A DNA stretch of 63,994 bases, counting the filler, from Basidiobolus ranarum (taxonomy: Eukaryota): assembly GCA_040143965.1 (NCBI GenBank). It is 11 parts of 11 records of this genome, joined end to end, with 100 filler letters (N's around TTAATTAATTAA, not from the genome) between each part and the next. Parts side by side here need not be neighbours in the genome. Positions count along the whole stretch, not along the records: positions 11,726 to 17,475 come from JASJQH010001507.1; positions 17,576 to 23,324 come from JASJQH010001508.1; positions 23,425 to 29,172 come from JASJQH010001509.1; 8 more parts are not named here. One strand, given 5' to 3'. A program made the translations under genes and the position numbers. Position 1 is the stretch's first letter. Every line of letters starts with the position of its first letter. Below, piece by piece: positions 11,626 to 24,214 of this stretch. A model generated the notes under the pieces. It was not told the DNA's origin, did not search any database, and was given only the letters and a program-made list of their open reading frames with translations.

Positions 11626-11725
11626 NNNNNNNNNNNNNNNNNNNNNNNNNNNNNNNNNNNNNNNNNNNNTTAATTAATTAANNNNNNNNNNNNNNNNNNN
11701 NNNNNNNNNNNNNNNNNNNNNNNNN
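11626..11725. other. Artificial contig spacer
   Basis: N44-TTAATTAATTAA-N44. Confidence 0.99.
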
Positions 11726-13274
11726 TATATAGCTATTTCTGTGGATAGTTTTTCCATGACTGCCATATTAGGCTCACTTCGAGCCTGTTTGCACTAATTC
11801 GAAATAATATGCTTATTAACCTTCAAACAAATACTGGCGAGATTTGACATAGATATCCGATTATAACTCTAAACCAAACTTGTCGGGTTCAGATAGTCGT
11901 CATGCAAATATATAAAAAAACAATATACCATCTTTGCCCACAATTGCGAATTAGCACGGAATACAGTCCGGGATAAAGTATTTCCAAATTTACCAAATCC
12001 ATCAACAGCATCAGCATGATTGATATGATGCGTGATGAACAAAGTATAGAACTGAATCGCATCACCACCTCTACGCTCCATTGGACCGTATTGGCTTGAT
12101 GAGTAAATTCATTGGGCTAATATTAACGTGGTTAGAGAGTTGCTATGAGGTTTAAGATTTATATTTGATTTCTAGATACACACTACTTGTCACCGGAATT
12201 GTTTCGATGTGCATATCACAAATACATATTATAATTGGCACATTAACACTCTGGCTTGTATTTTGTGACTCGATAGTCCTTAGTTCGATTTAGGCTATCG
12301 CAATGAGCCTTCCTGTTAACTTGCTTTAAGTCATGCTAATATCAACCTTCAAATAATATCAGACTCTAAGGATAAACCATATACTATACACTGTATTAAC
12401 ATCATATTCCAGTGAACTTGTTACATTGAATCTACCACTCATCGACACCTGCCACTGGGGAGCTCAGAGCCGCCAAATCTCCAGGTTTTTAGAATGTTTT
12501 GAGTATGAATTCTACCTCAGATCAAGAACAAAGCTAACTCATGTATGTAAGAGTTCGTGACTCTCGTGTTCAAGGAATCACTAGAGCTACCCCAAGCATC
12601 TCAACCACCACTGCCATTGCTACTTTAATACTCGCAAAATCAAAAGGGTATTGACAAAAGGTGAGCGAACTACGCTAGGAATGCCTCGTTTGTCATCACT
12701 AGCTCACAATTTTGATATTTGCTTCTAACGTTTCGGTGCTAACCACAGAAGTCAACTTGAGTAACTTTCGAAATGGTAAATTCAGCAAAAAAGATGGACC
12801 TACTCTTGTAGCTTTTTATACTTGGAAATTGAGCTTTCTGTCCGTCACTTTTCAATAATTATACATTGACCAGTTGTTACGATTATTTACTAGTAGTAGA
12901 GCTGAATATGGTTGAAATATTACAACTATGTGGTAGTGATTAGTTCATATTGTCGGTCGCAAACTACTCTCTAGAATTATACGCAGTTCAATTCTTTTGT
13001 GTTACCGATTAAGTTGAACTGAATCATAGTGAAGGTAAATTTCGGAGATACATTTACGAGAATGTTCAGATGAAATCTCGATCTTTTATACAATACAATA
13101 ATCTAAACATTTCAAATTATTACGTGCAAGCGAGTGAAGGAAAAGTGAAAAATGATCATGAAGGGATTGAATCGCAAAGTGCAAAGTGAAAGTCAGTCAT
13201 TCGTGTATGAATTTGGGTATTTCAAGGGAGTATTTGTACTATATATATCTTAATTACCAGAAGAATATACCATA

Positions 13275-15452
13275 TCAAGTGGATGAATGCGAGAATAAAG
13301 ATGTAAAAAACTTGGCCGGCTGTACAGATGTAATGGAGGTATTGCCAGATTCTGAGGTGGTAGACTCTTCGGATTCCTTGGTCACTTTTTTCTTGGGGCT
13401 TATACTGGACGAATTGTTTTGAGAGAATATGGAGGTGATGGAGGATAATGCAGGTGAGTTCATAAACGATAGATGATCATTCGTTTTACTCGTCTGGCTA
13501 TCGCTTTTAGTGTCACTAGTGAGAGGCCCTTCTTTGGAATTCGTATTACCCCAAGTGGAGTTCCGAATTGACATTAACGTGGGAAGCAGTTTTATCTTCC
13601 CAAGTGTTTCGTTCAATAATGGCTCTTTTGGTTGGTCTCCTGAATGCGACCCAGATATAAAGTCTGTAAAAGAATTTCGTTTCGGATCTTTACTGACCCT
13701 CCACCAATTCGAGTCTTTGAGGTCAGTGTTTTTAGCCATGGCGTAGCCACGAGTTACTGCCGTTACATTAGGAAGACCTCCTTCCAAACTGAAATCTTCA
13801 GTGGATTTGGTTTTTCTAACGTCAGCGGGGTTAGCAGTAGGACCATCTGCCGCAGAGGTAACGGTGCGACCTCGTTCGGAGGCAGTGAGATAGGAAGAAT
13901 CATTAAGAGGGATCTCGAGTGGCATTTGGGCGGCTATCGCCAAGCCTTCATCAATTTCTCGAGCATATCCACTCTCACTGTGCTCAGATTCATGGTCATT
14001 ACTACTGGTTATATGGTACTCAAATAATTCGGTCGGAGTCTTAAGTTCATTATGGTCAACCATGCTGTGTTCAGTTTCCGATTGTGGAGCAACATCGCGC
14101 TGCACCTTGATGATCCCTGCGGAGTTGAATATCCCACCCAATCCTTCAGATGGGAAGAATTCAGTGTCGTCCATGTTGGGTAAGACCATAACTTCCTTCA
14201 GCACCGTGCGAATCTGGCTCTCTATGATCTTCAGAATTACTTTGGATTGAATGATTTTGCCAGAAACAATAGGTACAATATCGAAAGAGATATTCGGATC
14301 ATCGATGAATCCGAGCCAAAGACGATTGGTGGGTGGTGGTTTGACTTTAAGTAACATCCGACCCTTGAGGGTTTTCACTCTAATGGCGATTTTCACTGGA
14401 ATAGTGAAGGAGCTGATAAATGGTGGCATTGTGAGGATCAGTGCAGTCTCAATTTCTATAGCAAAACCTCCATTATAGTGAACTCTAAACTCCGCGCTCA
14501 TCTCTCCGTTTGCGTTCAAGTCGATTAATTTCGGATGGGTTACTGAAGGAACATTGTCGCCAAGCAACAAATCCTTCACAGTCAACTCTTGGATAAATGA
14601 GGGACGTGGGATCTTGGAGCATTTAAGTAGTATCTTACTAGTCACGAAATCTTTGATGGCTTGGGTTTTGTATACGGCTAAGAAGACTCGACCAACAAAT
14701 GCATTTAGCCATTGAGTTTGTCGATGATGCTCATCTGAGTGTACCTTTTCTATTAGTGACAGCATAGCAGTCGGTTCAAAATTGGCTGGATTTTGATCAA
14801 ATAGAGCATGTGTGGTTCCCCACTGTTTCAATCTCGATGCCCTACACAGTGCGAAAAACCATTCTTCTTTTTCAATGGGTGTATCAATAAAGATGTAATA
14901 GTCCCTTTTTACATCCTCAACTGTGTGATCTTCTACAATTTTTTTTTTCAATCTGATCGGTAATTCCTCAAGGAAAACCTCGTTATCTGGAAGATATGAA
15001 GGACAGAGGGAGACTGTATAAAAGGATAAGGTTATTACTCCTTGACATTCCAACATCTTCTCATCTGCATATAGTGAAAGTGTTTCATGTTTGAGAACAG
15101 CGAAGTAAGAATCCTTTGGTCGCTTTGGGCCTGCATTTTTTCCCTCTATTAAGCTGTTGATTCCTTGCATCATTAGCTCAGAGATGATATTCGAATCCTC
15201 CTGGTCCACCTTGAACTCTTTAGTCATGCGTATCCAACCTGAATTCGAGTTTAATGTAGGTACACCATTTTGTAGCTTTTGATCAAAATTGGCTGATAAA
15301 GGTTCAAAACGCGTCGCTAAAGATGGAGAAGTGTCAGAAGTGAGGGTTTTCCACCAACAAACAAGTAGCAAAGTGATGGTAACAAAGATGAGTGGTGTTA
15401 AAAAAGCGCCACCGGAGACGAAAGCCACAGCAAGAGACCAGACCTCTGCCAT
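13275..15452 (-). CDS. Nvj2/TEX2-like membrane-contact protein (N-terminal TM, PH domain, SMP/MMM1-type lipid-transfer domain)
   Basis: Intronless 725-aa ORF; PH-like YFAVLKHETLSLY..EKEEWFFAL; SMP motifs QWLNAFVGRVF, LKGRMLLKVKPPPTNRLWLGF, EVMVLPNMDD. Confidence 0.85.
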   Translation of the reverse strand: MAEVWSLAVAFVSGGAFLTPLIFVTITLLLVCWWKTLTSDTSPSLATRFEPLSANFDQKLQNGVPTLNSNSGWIRMTKEFKVDQEDSNIISELMMQGINSLIEGKNAGPKRPKDSYFAVLKHETLSLYADEKMLECQGVITLSFYTVSLCPSYLPDNEVFLEELPIRLKKKIVEDHTVEDVKRDYYIFIDTPIEKEEWFFALCRASRLKQWGTTHALFDQNPANFEPTAMLSLIEKVHSDEHHRQTQWLNAFVGRVFLAVYKTQAIKDFVTSKILLKCSKIPRPSFIQELTVKDLLLGDNVPSVTHPKLIDLNANGEMSAEFRVHYNGGFAIEIETALILTMPPFISSFTIPVKIAIRVKTLKGRMLLKVKPPPTNRLWLGFIDDPNISFDIVPIVSGKIIQSKVILKIIESQIRTVLKEVMVLPNMDDTEFFPSEGLGGIFNSAGIIKVQRDVAPQSETEHSMVDHNELKTPTELFEYHITSSNDHESEHSESGYAREIDEGLAIAAQMPLEIPLNDSSYLTASERGRTVTSAADGPTANPADVRKTKSTEDFSLEGGLPNVTAVTRGYAMAKNTDLKDSNWWRVSKDPKRNSFTDFISGSHSGDQPKEPLLNETLGKIKLLPTLMSIRNSTWGNTNSKEGPLTSDTKSDSQTSKTNDHLSFMNSPALSSITSIFSQNNSSSISPKKKVTKESEESTTSESGNTSITSVQPAKFFTSLFSHSST

Positions 15453-16576
15453 ATTATTTTAGGAAAATTCTATCGGATATTTGCTGTTCTTTTCTTCGAA
15501 TAAGTCACTCTACTTACTGCTGTAGTAGTGAATATTCAATTTCACAAACACTTGGGAAACGAGCTAAGGATGACCGTGAACAAGTTTAGGAAGTTAAAGG
15601 GCTTATTCTAGCAAAAAATTCGTTAACTTATATTCTCCCCCAAAAAAGTACCTTGCTAAGCTAGCAGAGTTATGTTAATCAAAGTAAAACCGGATTAGCA
15701 CTAGAATGAACACACTAGGAGCAATATAAATCACACGTATCCAAAAACGTAATGTGCGGTAAATATGATGTATTTAATATACTCATTTTGTCCCGGAATT
15801 AAGGTTTGCAGCCCTGTTTATGCAAAACCTATGTCACAATTCTAATGGCACTTAGCTAGCTGAACTGGCTGCTTGATATATCAACATCGAAGAGTTTTGA
15901 TTTTCGGTCACATATGATGGCTTGAGCATGCGAAAACATATCTACTGGTTCGTTGTCTCTGATGTAGCATTCCAATGATTTGTGAGCTTAGTCAATGGAT
16001 TAAGTCACACCAAATATAACCACCATTAATTGGGCCTTATTTGTAGCAAGTTCTATTCTAATATCACACACCCCTTTCCTAGCTCAGGATAAGCCAAATT
16101 AGGAAGCCTTTGAAAAGGCCTGGATTAATCAAATCCTCACCCAATCATCATGATAGTAACGTATTGATAGAAGTGTGCTCTACTTGAGATTAGCTAGAGT
16201 ACTATTTACATAAACAACATTGCCAAAGCAGTCACTGATAAGACTATAGAGCTCTCAATATAGCAACCCTCTTGTTGTGAGCATCAAATTGGATACTTGC
16301 GGTTCTCGGATAAGGGAAAACACACTGCTTACTTGGTTTAGACCAGCTTTTAAATGTCTTCTAGCATGCAGAATACCGCCTAAATTCTAAGCATACTCAT
16401 TTTCACTGGTTCATCGAGATCATTCACGCTAAAGGCTTTTTGTGCTTAACCAGATTGGAAATGGACAAACAAAACCGAATATCCAATGGAAGAGAAGGCT
16501 GATTTTTGCTTCCTGACGGTGGACGTATATAAAGGACTTGATTTTCATTCAGTTGCACACCGTCTCTCTTTACATC

Positions 16577-17475
16577 ATGAAGTTATCAATTGCATTGTCG
16601 ACTATCTCCTTGGGACTGTCTTTATACATCTCCTCTGCTTCTGGAATAAGCCCCATCGTTATCAAGGGCAGCAAATTCTTCAATTCCGAAACTGGAGATC
16701 AATTCTTCATCAAAGGAGTAGCATATCAGCCTAAAACACCCGCTCTTTCGGATCCTCTTTCCGATATTGAAACTTGTAAGCGTGATATTGCCCACTTCCA
16801 AGATTTAGGTCTCAATACTATTCGAGTTTATCAAGTTGACAACACTTTGAATCATGATGCGTGCATGGAAGCCTTGGCAGATGCCGGAATTTATCTAGTA
16901 TTGGATATCTCCACTCCTACCTATTCCATTAATCGCCAAGATCCTACTTACAACTACGATTTATTGAATCATTACCAACAAACAGCCGATGCTTTCGAAA
17001 AGTATTCGAACGTGATTGGCTTTTTCATCGGAAATGAAGTCATCAATAGTGTTGCCGTTACTTCATCTGGTCCCTACGTTAAAGCGTTGGTTCGTGACAT
17101 GAAGGCTTACATGCGAACCAAGAGCAGATACATTCCAATTGGTTATTCAACCAGTGACGATGCCACTACCAGAGTAAATGTTGCCGACTATTTTAATTGT
17201 GGTAATGCTACCGACAGAGTAAGTGATTCTCATTTTCTCATATTAACCTTCAGAAACTGACGAATGTATCCACTCTAGGTTGATTTCTATGGCTATAATC
17301 TTTACTCTTGGTGTGGTGATGCGACTTATGAAACTTCAGGTTACGTTAATCGAGTAAAGCAGTTTGCCGACTATAGTATCCCAGTCTTTCTGAGTGAATT
17401 TGGCTGTAATACAAATGGTGTTCGTAATTTCAAGCAAGTTAAGGCTATCTTTGGCCCAGAAATGTCTGCAGTTTT
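16577..17475 (+). CDS. GH72 1,3-beta-glucanosyltransferase (Gas/Gel family), 3' truncated
   Basis: Signal peptide; FFIKGVAYQP, LGLNTIRVY, GFFIGNEV; after intron 17219-17278 reads VDFYGYNLYSWCG..PVFLSEFGCN. Confidence 0.95.
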
Positions 17476-17575
17476 NNNNNNNNNNNNNNNNNNNNNNNNN
17501 NNNNNNNNNNNNNNNNNNNTTAATTAATTAANNNNNNNNNNNNNNNNNNNNNNNNNNNNNNNNNNNNNNNNNNNN
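17476..17575. other. Artificial contig spacer
   Basis: N44-TTAATTAATTAA-N44. Confidence 0.99.
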
Positions 17576-18141
17576 TTGACTGGAGGCTTAGGTGGTTTAC
17601 AAGCCTTGCAAGGAGGATTAACAGGTTTTGGGGGCTGGACTGGAGGTTTCGTAGGTTTACATGTCTTACAAGGAGGCTTCTCATATGTTGGTGGCTGTAC
17701 GGGTGGTTTGGATGGCTTTGTGGGCTTGCAAGGCTTCCCGGGTTTGGTGGTAGTAGGGGGCTGGACCGGAGGCTTGTTATGCATGATGCTCATATCGCCA
17801 TCTCTCTTATGGTGGATTTTTCCTTGTTTCTTTCCATGAGTACCTGTGGCGACGCATACCTTCACATCGGCCTTGATTCCCAGAATCTTGGCAGCAGCGC
17901 AGGCCTCCGCACATGTCATTGTGGAAGGAATCTTGACGTGAGCGAGCAGCTTGGTAAGATCAACATTAAGGCAAGCCTTAGCGCTGGCATGGATACCGAA
18001 TACTGCAAGTCTCGTGATTACACCATCGCAGACGGAGGTTGAGTGTTTTGTAGTAATGGGGGAGCCATTCAAGAAGGTTGGTTCTTTGGCCATTACGAGC
18101 ACAGCTGGTAACAATACTAGGGCACTTGCGAAGAACTTCAT
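17576..18141 (-). CDS. Secreted Cys-containing protein with Pro/Lys-rich repeats (KPPVQPP / PCKxCKP), 3' truncated
   Basis: Signal peptide MKFFASALVLLPAVLVMA; two GIxAxxKxC motifs; KR site; repeats run into the contig end. Confidence 0.8.
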
Positions 18142-19383
18142 TGAGCTGCTTAATGGAAAAGGGAGTGTAAGCCAAATTGTTGGTTTGATGATTTGCGTTC
18201 TATCTCATTTTTATATGTTCACTGACTCTACGTAAATAATGAAGCATTTCTTGTACCAAGGAAAGTTTCTATAGTAGGTTCGTGTGATCAACAAATATGG
18301 ATCCACTGCTTCAAACTGTAGACATATATATGCATCTCGTCGTCTTTACATATTTGCATTCTTTTGTATTAGTAATTGTTCTTAAGACTCAATCCTGTGT
18401 TACAAATAAGTGGACTATACAAGATCAGCGCTCACATCAGAATCTTCACACCGAGTAGTAATAGGAGTGTTTTCGGTAATCTATTAAAAGAATCGAGTGT
18501 ATTGAGCCAATACATAATGAAATCAAAACATTCAAGTATGTGATGAGGTTTGTGGAAACCACTTGGTAGCACTAATAGGATAGGCATAACTTACTACCAA
18601 GTTAGTCGTGTCGATGGGCAATATTTTTTTCCGAATTTTCAAACCATTTACGATCTTATAAGTAAAAACCAGTATAAGCGAGTTCCAACTACAAAATAGG
18701 TATGAACATCAAAGTTGAAATAGTACATAGTTACACGCGAACTACTTCTGGATGCATCCAGCTCAATTTCATGTCACAGAATTCCCCATTCATATATAGA
18801 ACAAGATCTCTCATAGTATAGCCTACCGTGCTGCCAACGTTCTTTCAATCTGAACAATTTCGGCAGTTCGCGTTTATCCCACAATTAAATTTTATGGGAG
18901 ATGTATTCTGTGCTAGAGTATTATTGATTGGAGTTTATATTTTCTATTTCTTTTATCTTTTTCGTGTCAAAAAGAAAAATGATATATACTTAAACTGAGG
19001 AAACAGTCAAGCGTGAAGCGTTCGTCTGGATATACACGAACGCTGATATAAGAAACAAAATTTGGTCATTATGGTTTTGGCCATGGTCATTGCATGTATC
19101 ATATAAACCTTGCTGGCTAACACCAATTATATTTCTCATAATCAATGGATATTGGGTAAGAGTCTATCAAAATTGCGGAGTTCAATATGTTAAGATCTTA
19201 CATATTGATTACTATTGTAACTACATATATGAAAAGAAGATGCTGCATGCAAAAAACTGAATCAGTCATGAGCACTAGTGTATATATATGTCTTCATGAT
19301 TGTATAAGCTGATTTAAAACTGGAAAGGATTGATTATATTGCTGGTCTTTATTAATGTATCCACTAATGTTGCAGCAAGTAAC

Positions 19384-19729
19384 TGTTGAAATCAACATCC
19401 TAAACATCTATATGGTCATATATAGCTTAGGATTAAGTTAGTCCATATTTCACCGAGATATCACCCACTATTCTCAAGAGGAATTTACTTAGATTACTTC
19501 TACCAACTTAGAAGTTCTCAGATATATAGCTTTTTTCAAATTTGTCCTAGAGGCCCCAAACTTTGTTGACAAGTTCCTGGGGCCTTTCGTAACACATTCC
19601 ACGCTATTTTTGCTTACTCCTTGACATGACTATAAATGTCAATTTTCTACCCAATGATCCAATATGTTAAAACCACCAATTCTTCTATTTCTGCAAATCA
19701 CTTCCAACAACACCCAAAATACTTCAACA
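19384..19729 (+). mobile_element. Solo LTR, copia family A (346 bp), perfect 5-bp TSD
   Basis: TGTTGAA...TTCAACA flanked by GTAAC/GTAAC; reverse-complement homologue of 27892-28221 and 51803-52131. Confidence 0.9.
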
Positions 19730-20847
19730 GTAACACTGGTTGTATTTAACAATGCTATGCGTTTTGTCTCTAAACCTCTATGCTGATGACTGTAGTTACA
19801 ACTTTACAAGACAATCAGTCTGTTGCTGTGAAGAAATAAGCTATACGTAAAGGATATTTGAATACTAAGAAGATAAAATGAATACATCGTGTTAATGATA
19901 ATAGTGCGTGAGTATATAATAATTATATATCAATGGCAAATTAAACAATATGGAATATCGAATTAAGGTTATTCAAAGTTATTTCCACTATTTTTGAGCA
20001 TCAAATTCCTTGAAAACATTTGGAATTAATCGATGTCTCCAACATTAGATGACATTATTTCTTGAACTATTGTACATGAAGCTAAAATCAAATACCACTT
20101 TTACATTAAACACTAATAACGGTTCCTACATGTTCTCGATATATTGAACATGCGAGAGTCGAGGGTGATTAGGCAAGTAATATATTCTTGGCCTTCGACG
20201 AGATAGAGATCACAGTAGTATTATTATTTAGTAAACAAACATTTCGCCATCAGCTCATGGATAATATAATATGTAACTGATTGATAAATCAAACACTTAT
20301 GGTTAGTTGGCTAACTGTAAGGATTTAGCAACGGTACGCAACCCAATCAAATCTCATATAGAGTTTTGGATTGGTGTTGGATTACACATTGTTGGTTACT
20401 CTTGCTTACGTGGTGAGTGATCGGTGCTAAATGTATGGTTGAGTTTGTACTACTTTAATCCACTTACTGTAATGGGTCGATCTCAAGCCAATGAACTGGA
20501 GCAAATTAAGCATCGAATATCCAAAATCATGGTAAATCCTAAATACCGTACTAAAATTGTAGATATGCTCTGGTAGCTGTTATTTCACGACTTTAGAAAT
20601 GAAAAGGCGAGGGAAGAGGTGGCGATAGAATTATTTAAAAAAACCAATCTCACGGTTGTTCCAAAACATTTCCAACGTGACTCATCTAACTTTAATTTGT
20701 TTGGCCCTGACGCAAAATACGCATGAACGATGAGTGGCCCGCTCACAATTGAAACTTAAATAAAAAGTAGATTACGATGTTGGAGAAAACTGTTCTTAAT
20801 CTGATTTCCATACAGTCCATTTCTACACCTCTGTGTATGTTAATTCA

Positions 20848-22403
20848 ATGAAGGGTGACCAGAAACCTCGGACGCCGTCAACTAATTCTCTGACGGCCTA
20901 TTCAACAAACAACCTCAGCAATAACAGCGACCAAGACTATCGTGGTCATGAAACAGAAACCTTATTTACTGATGCAGTTGCCGATAGCGACTGCAGGATT
21001 GCTATCCTAGAACAAGAAGAGGCAGCTCAAAGACGACATGAAGAAAGAATACAAAAACAAGGAAACGATGGCTTTAGCGTAGCCACTCCTAGCACTCTCA
21101 CTGACTCTCAATCCGATAAGAAGTGTTTTGGACGTACAGTCCGTCTGCATGCTAATCTGATGCGAGTCCGAAGTGGGGGAGTCCAAAAGGTGACCAACAT
21201 GGAGCTATTTTTCGATCTTGTCTTCGTCTATGCTATCAGTGCCATATCGGAGACTTTATTCGAAAACTTGATCTGGGAGACTTTTTTGGAGATGCTGCTG
21301 ATCACTCTGGCTGTCTGGTGGGCATGGGTCTACACTGCATGGATCACTAACTGGTAAGCTCCTCTTCTAATCTCATGTTTGTTTTTTGTGAAAGTCTCTT
21401 ACGATGTTTTATTTTTTCCGATAGGTTCAACCCTGATTCATACCTCGTTCGATTACTGTTACTGACACTTATGCTCGCGAGTCTGATCCTCTCGTCAGTG
21501 ATTCCCGAGGCCTTTGGTGAGCAGAGTGTACTCTTTGCATGCATGTTTGTCGCTATCCAATTAGGACGTACCACCGCTGTGATCTTGTGTCTGCATGGTC
21601 ATCGTCTTCAGATGAATTTTGTCAGAATCTTTTTTTGGGAACTGTTGGCTTCCATCTGCTGGATTGTCGGCGCTGTTATCGGTGGGAACGCTCGAAATAT
21701 CATCTGGACCGTTGGAGTAGCGTTTGATTATATCTCCCCTTGGTCTGGCTACTATACACCGGGACTCGGTCGATCAGCCACCAATGATTGGACCATTCAT
21801 GGAGGACATTTAAGTGAACGCTGTTCCCTTTTTATTATACTTGCACTAGGTGAATCCATTGTTGTCACTGGAGAGGGATTCTTACATGTCCTTCATAATC
21901 CTGCTGGAGTCGGAACTTTCATGGTGGCGTTTGTTGGTGCTACCGCTATGTGGTGGATATATTTCCACAGTGCCTCGGACGAGGCCACAGAATTTATTGA
22001 GAACTCAGATGATCCAGGTGAGATGGGTCGTTTGGCTTACACCTATATTCATGTACTCATGGTAGGTGGCATTATTCTCTCGGCGGTTGCTGACAGAATC
22101 TCAATGGAGGATCCCTATTTGATCCCGGCCCACGAGAACAAAATGGTAGAGGTGGCAGTCATGATTGGTGGCCCAACTCTGTTTGTGTTTGGACATGCTC
22201 TATTCCGAATGACCTTTTGCAACTGTTTTCCTAGAGCTCATGTAGCAACTGTTGTGGTTTTACTGTGTCTAACCCCTATGGCGATTCATGTACCAATTTG
22301 GATCACAGCACTCACTACGACCTCTCTCTTGCTTATCCTCAGCTTCTATGAGTCTTACTGGAGGTGTATGATCGTCCATCATCATACGCAAGCAATAGAC
22401 TAA
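20848..22403 (+). CDS. ltrA: Low temperature requirement protein A (LtrA) family membrane protein, 2 exons
   Basis: KVTNMELFFDLVFVYAI, WWAWVYTAWITNWFNPD, HLSERCSLFIILALGESIV, MWWIYF; intron 21354-21424 restores the frame. Confidence 0.9.
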
Positions 22404-23210
22404 GAGGGTTAGACCTCAGAGACAGTAACGATAGTCAAGAAAATGAGGAAATTTATGCAACTTATTACATCAACTATTCAAAACTAAGAAATTCTTTCTG
22501 GTATGTTACTTGCGGTATGTCCAAAGAATACCCTCTTATCCGGCATATCTATTATTGGCGAACATGATTATTTATGTGATGAAGTGAACCGGTTTCGAAT
22601 TTCATGTGGATGCATATGTCTGTTTGGACTATTCTATCATTCAGTCGATAATTAATCGATAAATACCCCTCTCCATCCTGTAGTGACTGTAAAGAGTTAT
22701 CTTTTGTATGGATTTTCTATGAGTTGGCTGATCCGTTGGACCATTTCCACGTTTATCAATAAAATCATGCTTGGTAATCTCATATTATGCATGATCAAAG
22801 ACTATTTTTATTTTTGTCACTTTTTAGTTATTTCTCGAGAGGAATTTACGATTATTATTCAACTAAGACTGGCTGCAACTATTGATGAATCAATCGCCGT
22901 AAATAGATTTCATCCATACCCATAACAATTATAGTATAGAAATATTGCACATGCTACTTAATAGTATTCTGGTGCAGGAAGATAAGAAGTTTGAATGAAC
23001 CACAAATAGAAAATGTTATTATTATACATCGATATTGATGACTTTTGGTAGTGAATTCAAATTATACAATTTACTGTTACAGCAAAGTTCCCAACAAACG
23101 CACATATTGACTACTAATATGTAGGTACAAAAATCATAAAAATCAGAAGAATCGTTCATCAGAATATCAGTTATACAATTCTCTAATTTACCTTCGAATC
23201 AATCGAAATC

Positions 23211-23324
23211 ATGAAGTTCTTTGCAAGTTCTCTTGTATTGTTGCCTCCTGTGCTTGTAATGGCTAAAGAATCGACCTTTGTCGATATCTCATCTGTCAGC
23301 CAGCAGCTCAACCTTCCACGTCTC
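23211..23324 (+). CDS. 5' end of a paralog of the secreted Pro-rich protein at 17576-18141, truncated
   Basis: MKFFASSLVLLPPVLVMAKESTF versus MKFFASALVLLPAVLVMAKEPTF. Confidence 0.7.
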
Positions 23325-23424
23325 NNNNNNNNNNNNNNNNNNNNNNNNNNNNNNNNNNNNNNNNNNNNTTAATTAATTAANNNNNNNNNNNNNNNNNNNN
23401 NNNNNNNNNNNNNNNNNNNNNNNN
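23325..23424. other. Artificial contig spacer
   Basis: N44-TTAATTAATTAA-N44. Confidence 0.99.
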
Positions 23425-24214
23425 CTAATTTCTTGATATCCTTTGGGGAAAAGGAGGTTTTTCCAGTCCAAGTGAAGTATTTACTCCAATCATCACTAAG
23501 CCAACCGAAAAGCGGTGGTTTTGCTGGGATGGAGGGACTCTTGGTGTCTTGGAATGTTGCATCGATAGTTACGAACCGTTGAGATAGTTTAGCGATATAG
23601 GCGTTGTCATGGGCACCAGTTAGCACAACAGTAATGCTGTTTTGCTCCACCTTATCTCCTTCAAACCGAGTTAGCATGTGCTGGTATTTTTGTAACAATT
23701 TGTCTAATGCTTTGTAACTATCCAGTGGCCTATGTTTGACATCGATTAATAGAACAAAGGGCCGATCTTTTGCCATATTTCGGTAAACCGCACCCCATTT
23801 CTTGACGCGATCCGATAGAGGCTTGAGATAAAGGCCTTCAAGGGTTCGCTCAGGGGATACTTTAGTAATCTCATGGGCAACGAGTAGTGTATCACGTATA
23901 TAAAAGATATCCGCTTCGACTGAGCCAAATCCCTGGGCAAGGGCGTCAAATAGAGGATTTGGGTGTAAATAATCATTATGAGCATGGGCGTTAAGAACAA
24001 GGGATGTTGGCTCCTGGAAATTCCTAGGAGCGACATTCTCTTTGATGGTCTGATCGGTTTGCACAAAAAATTTACTATCCTTAACAGAGGTAGAGTAGCA
24101 TTCTGTCACGAAGGTGAGAGCAAGACCGATGGTCAAGAGTGAGCTATGGTATAATGTTAAATGAAAGATTCTTGAGAGCTATTGCGCACAATAGGATACT
24201 TACAGGTGCTTCAT
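23425..24214 (-). CDS. Secreted PLC-like/GDPD-like phosphodiesterase (AIM6-related), 3' truncated
   Basis: AHAHNDY..PLFDAL..GFGSVEADI..LLVAH..RTLEGLYL.PL, FVLLIDVK. An 11-nt first exon (24214-24204) plus intron 24203-24144 supplies the ATG and signal peptide MKHLSLLTIGLALTFVTECYS. Confidence 0.85.

Noticed and set aside
11869-12081. 70-aa ORF with FITHHINHADAVDG, reminiscent of a metallo-beta-lactamase motif
   Set aside because: The HxHxDH spacing is not met and no supporting exons were found.
13510-14478. Several plus-strand ORFs
   Set aside because: Antisense shadows of the Nvj2-like gene; the same applies to shadows over the OPT, LPMO, SOD and RPL37 genes.
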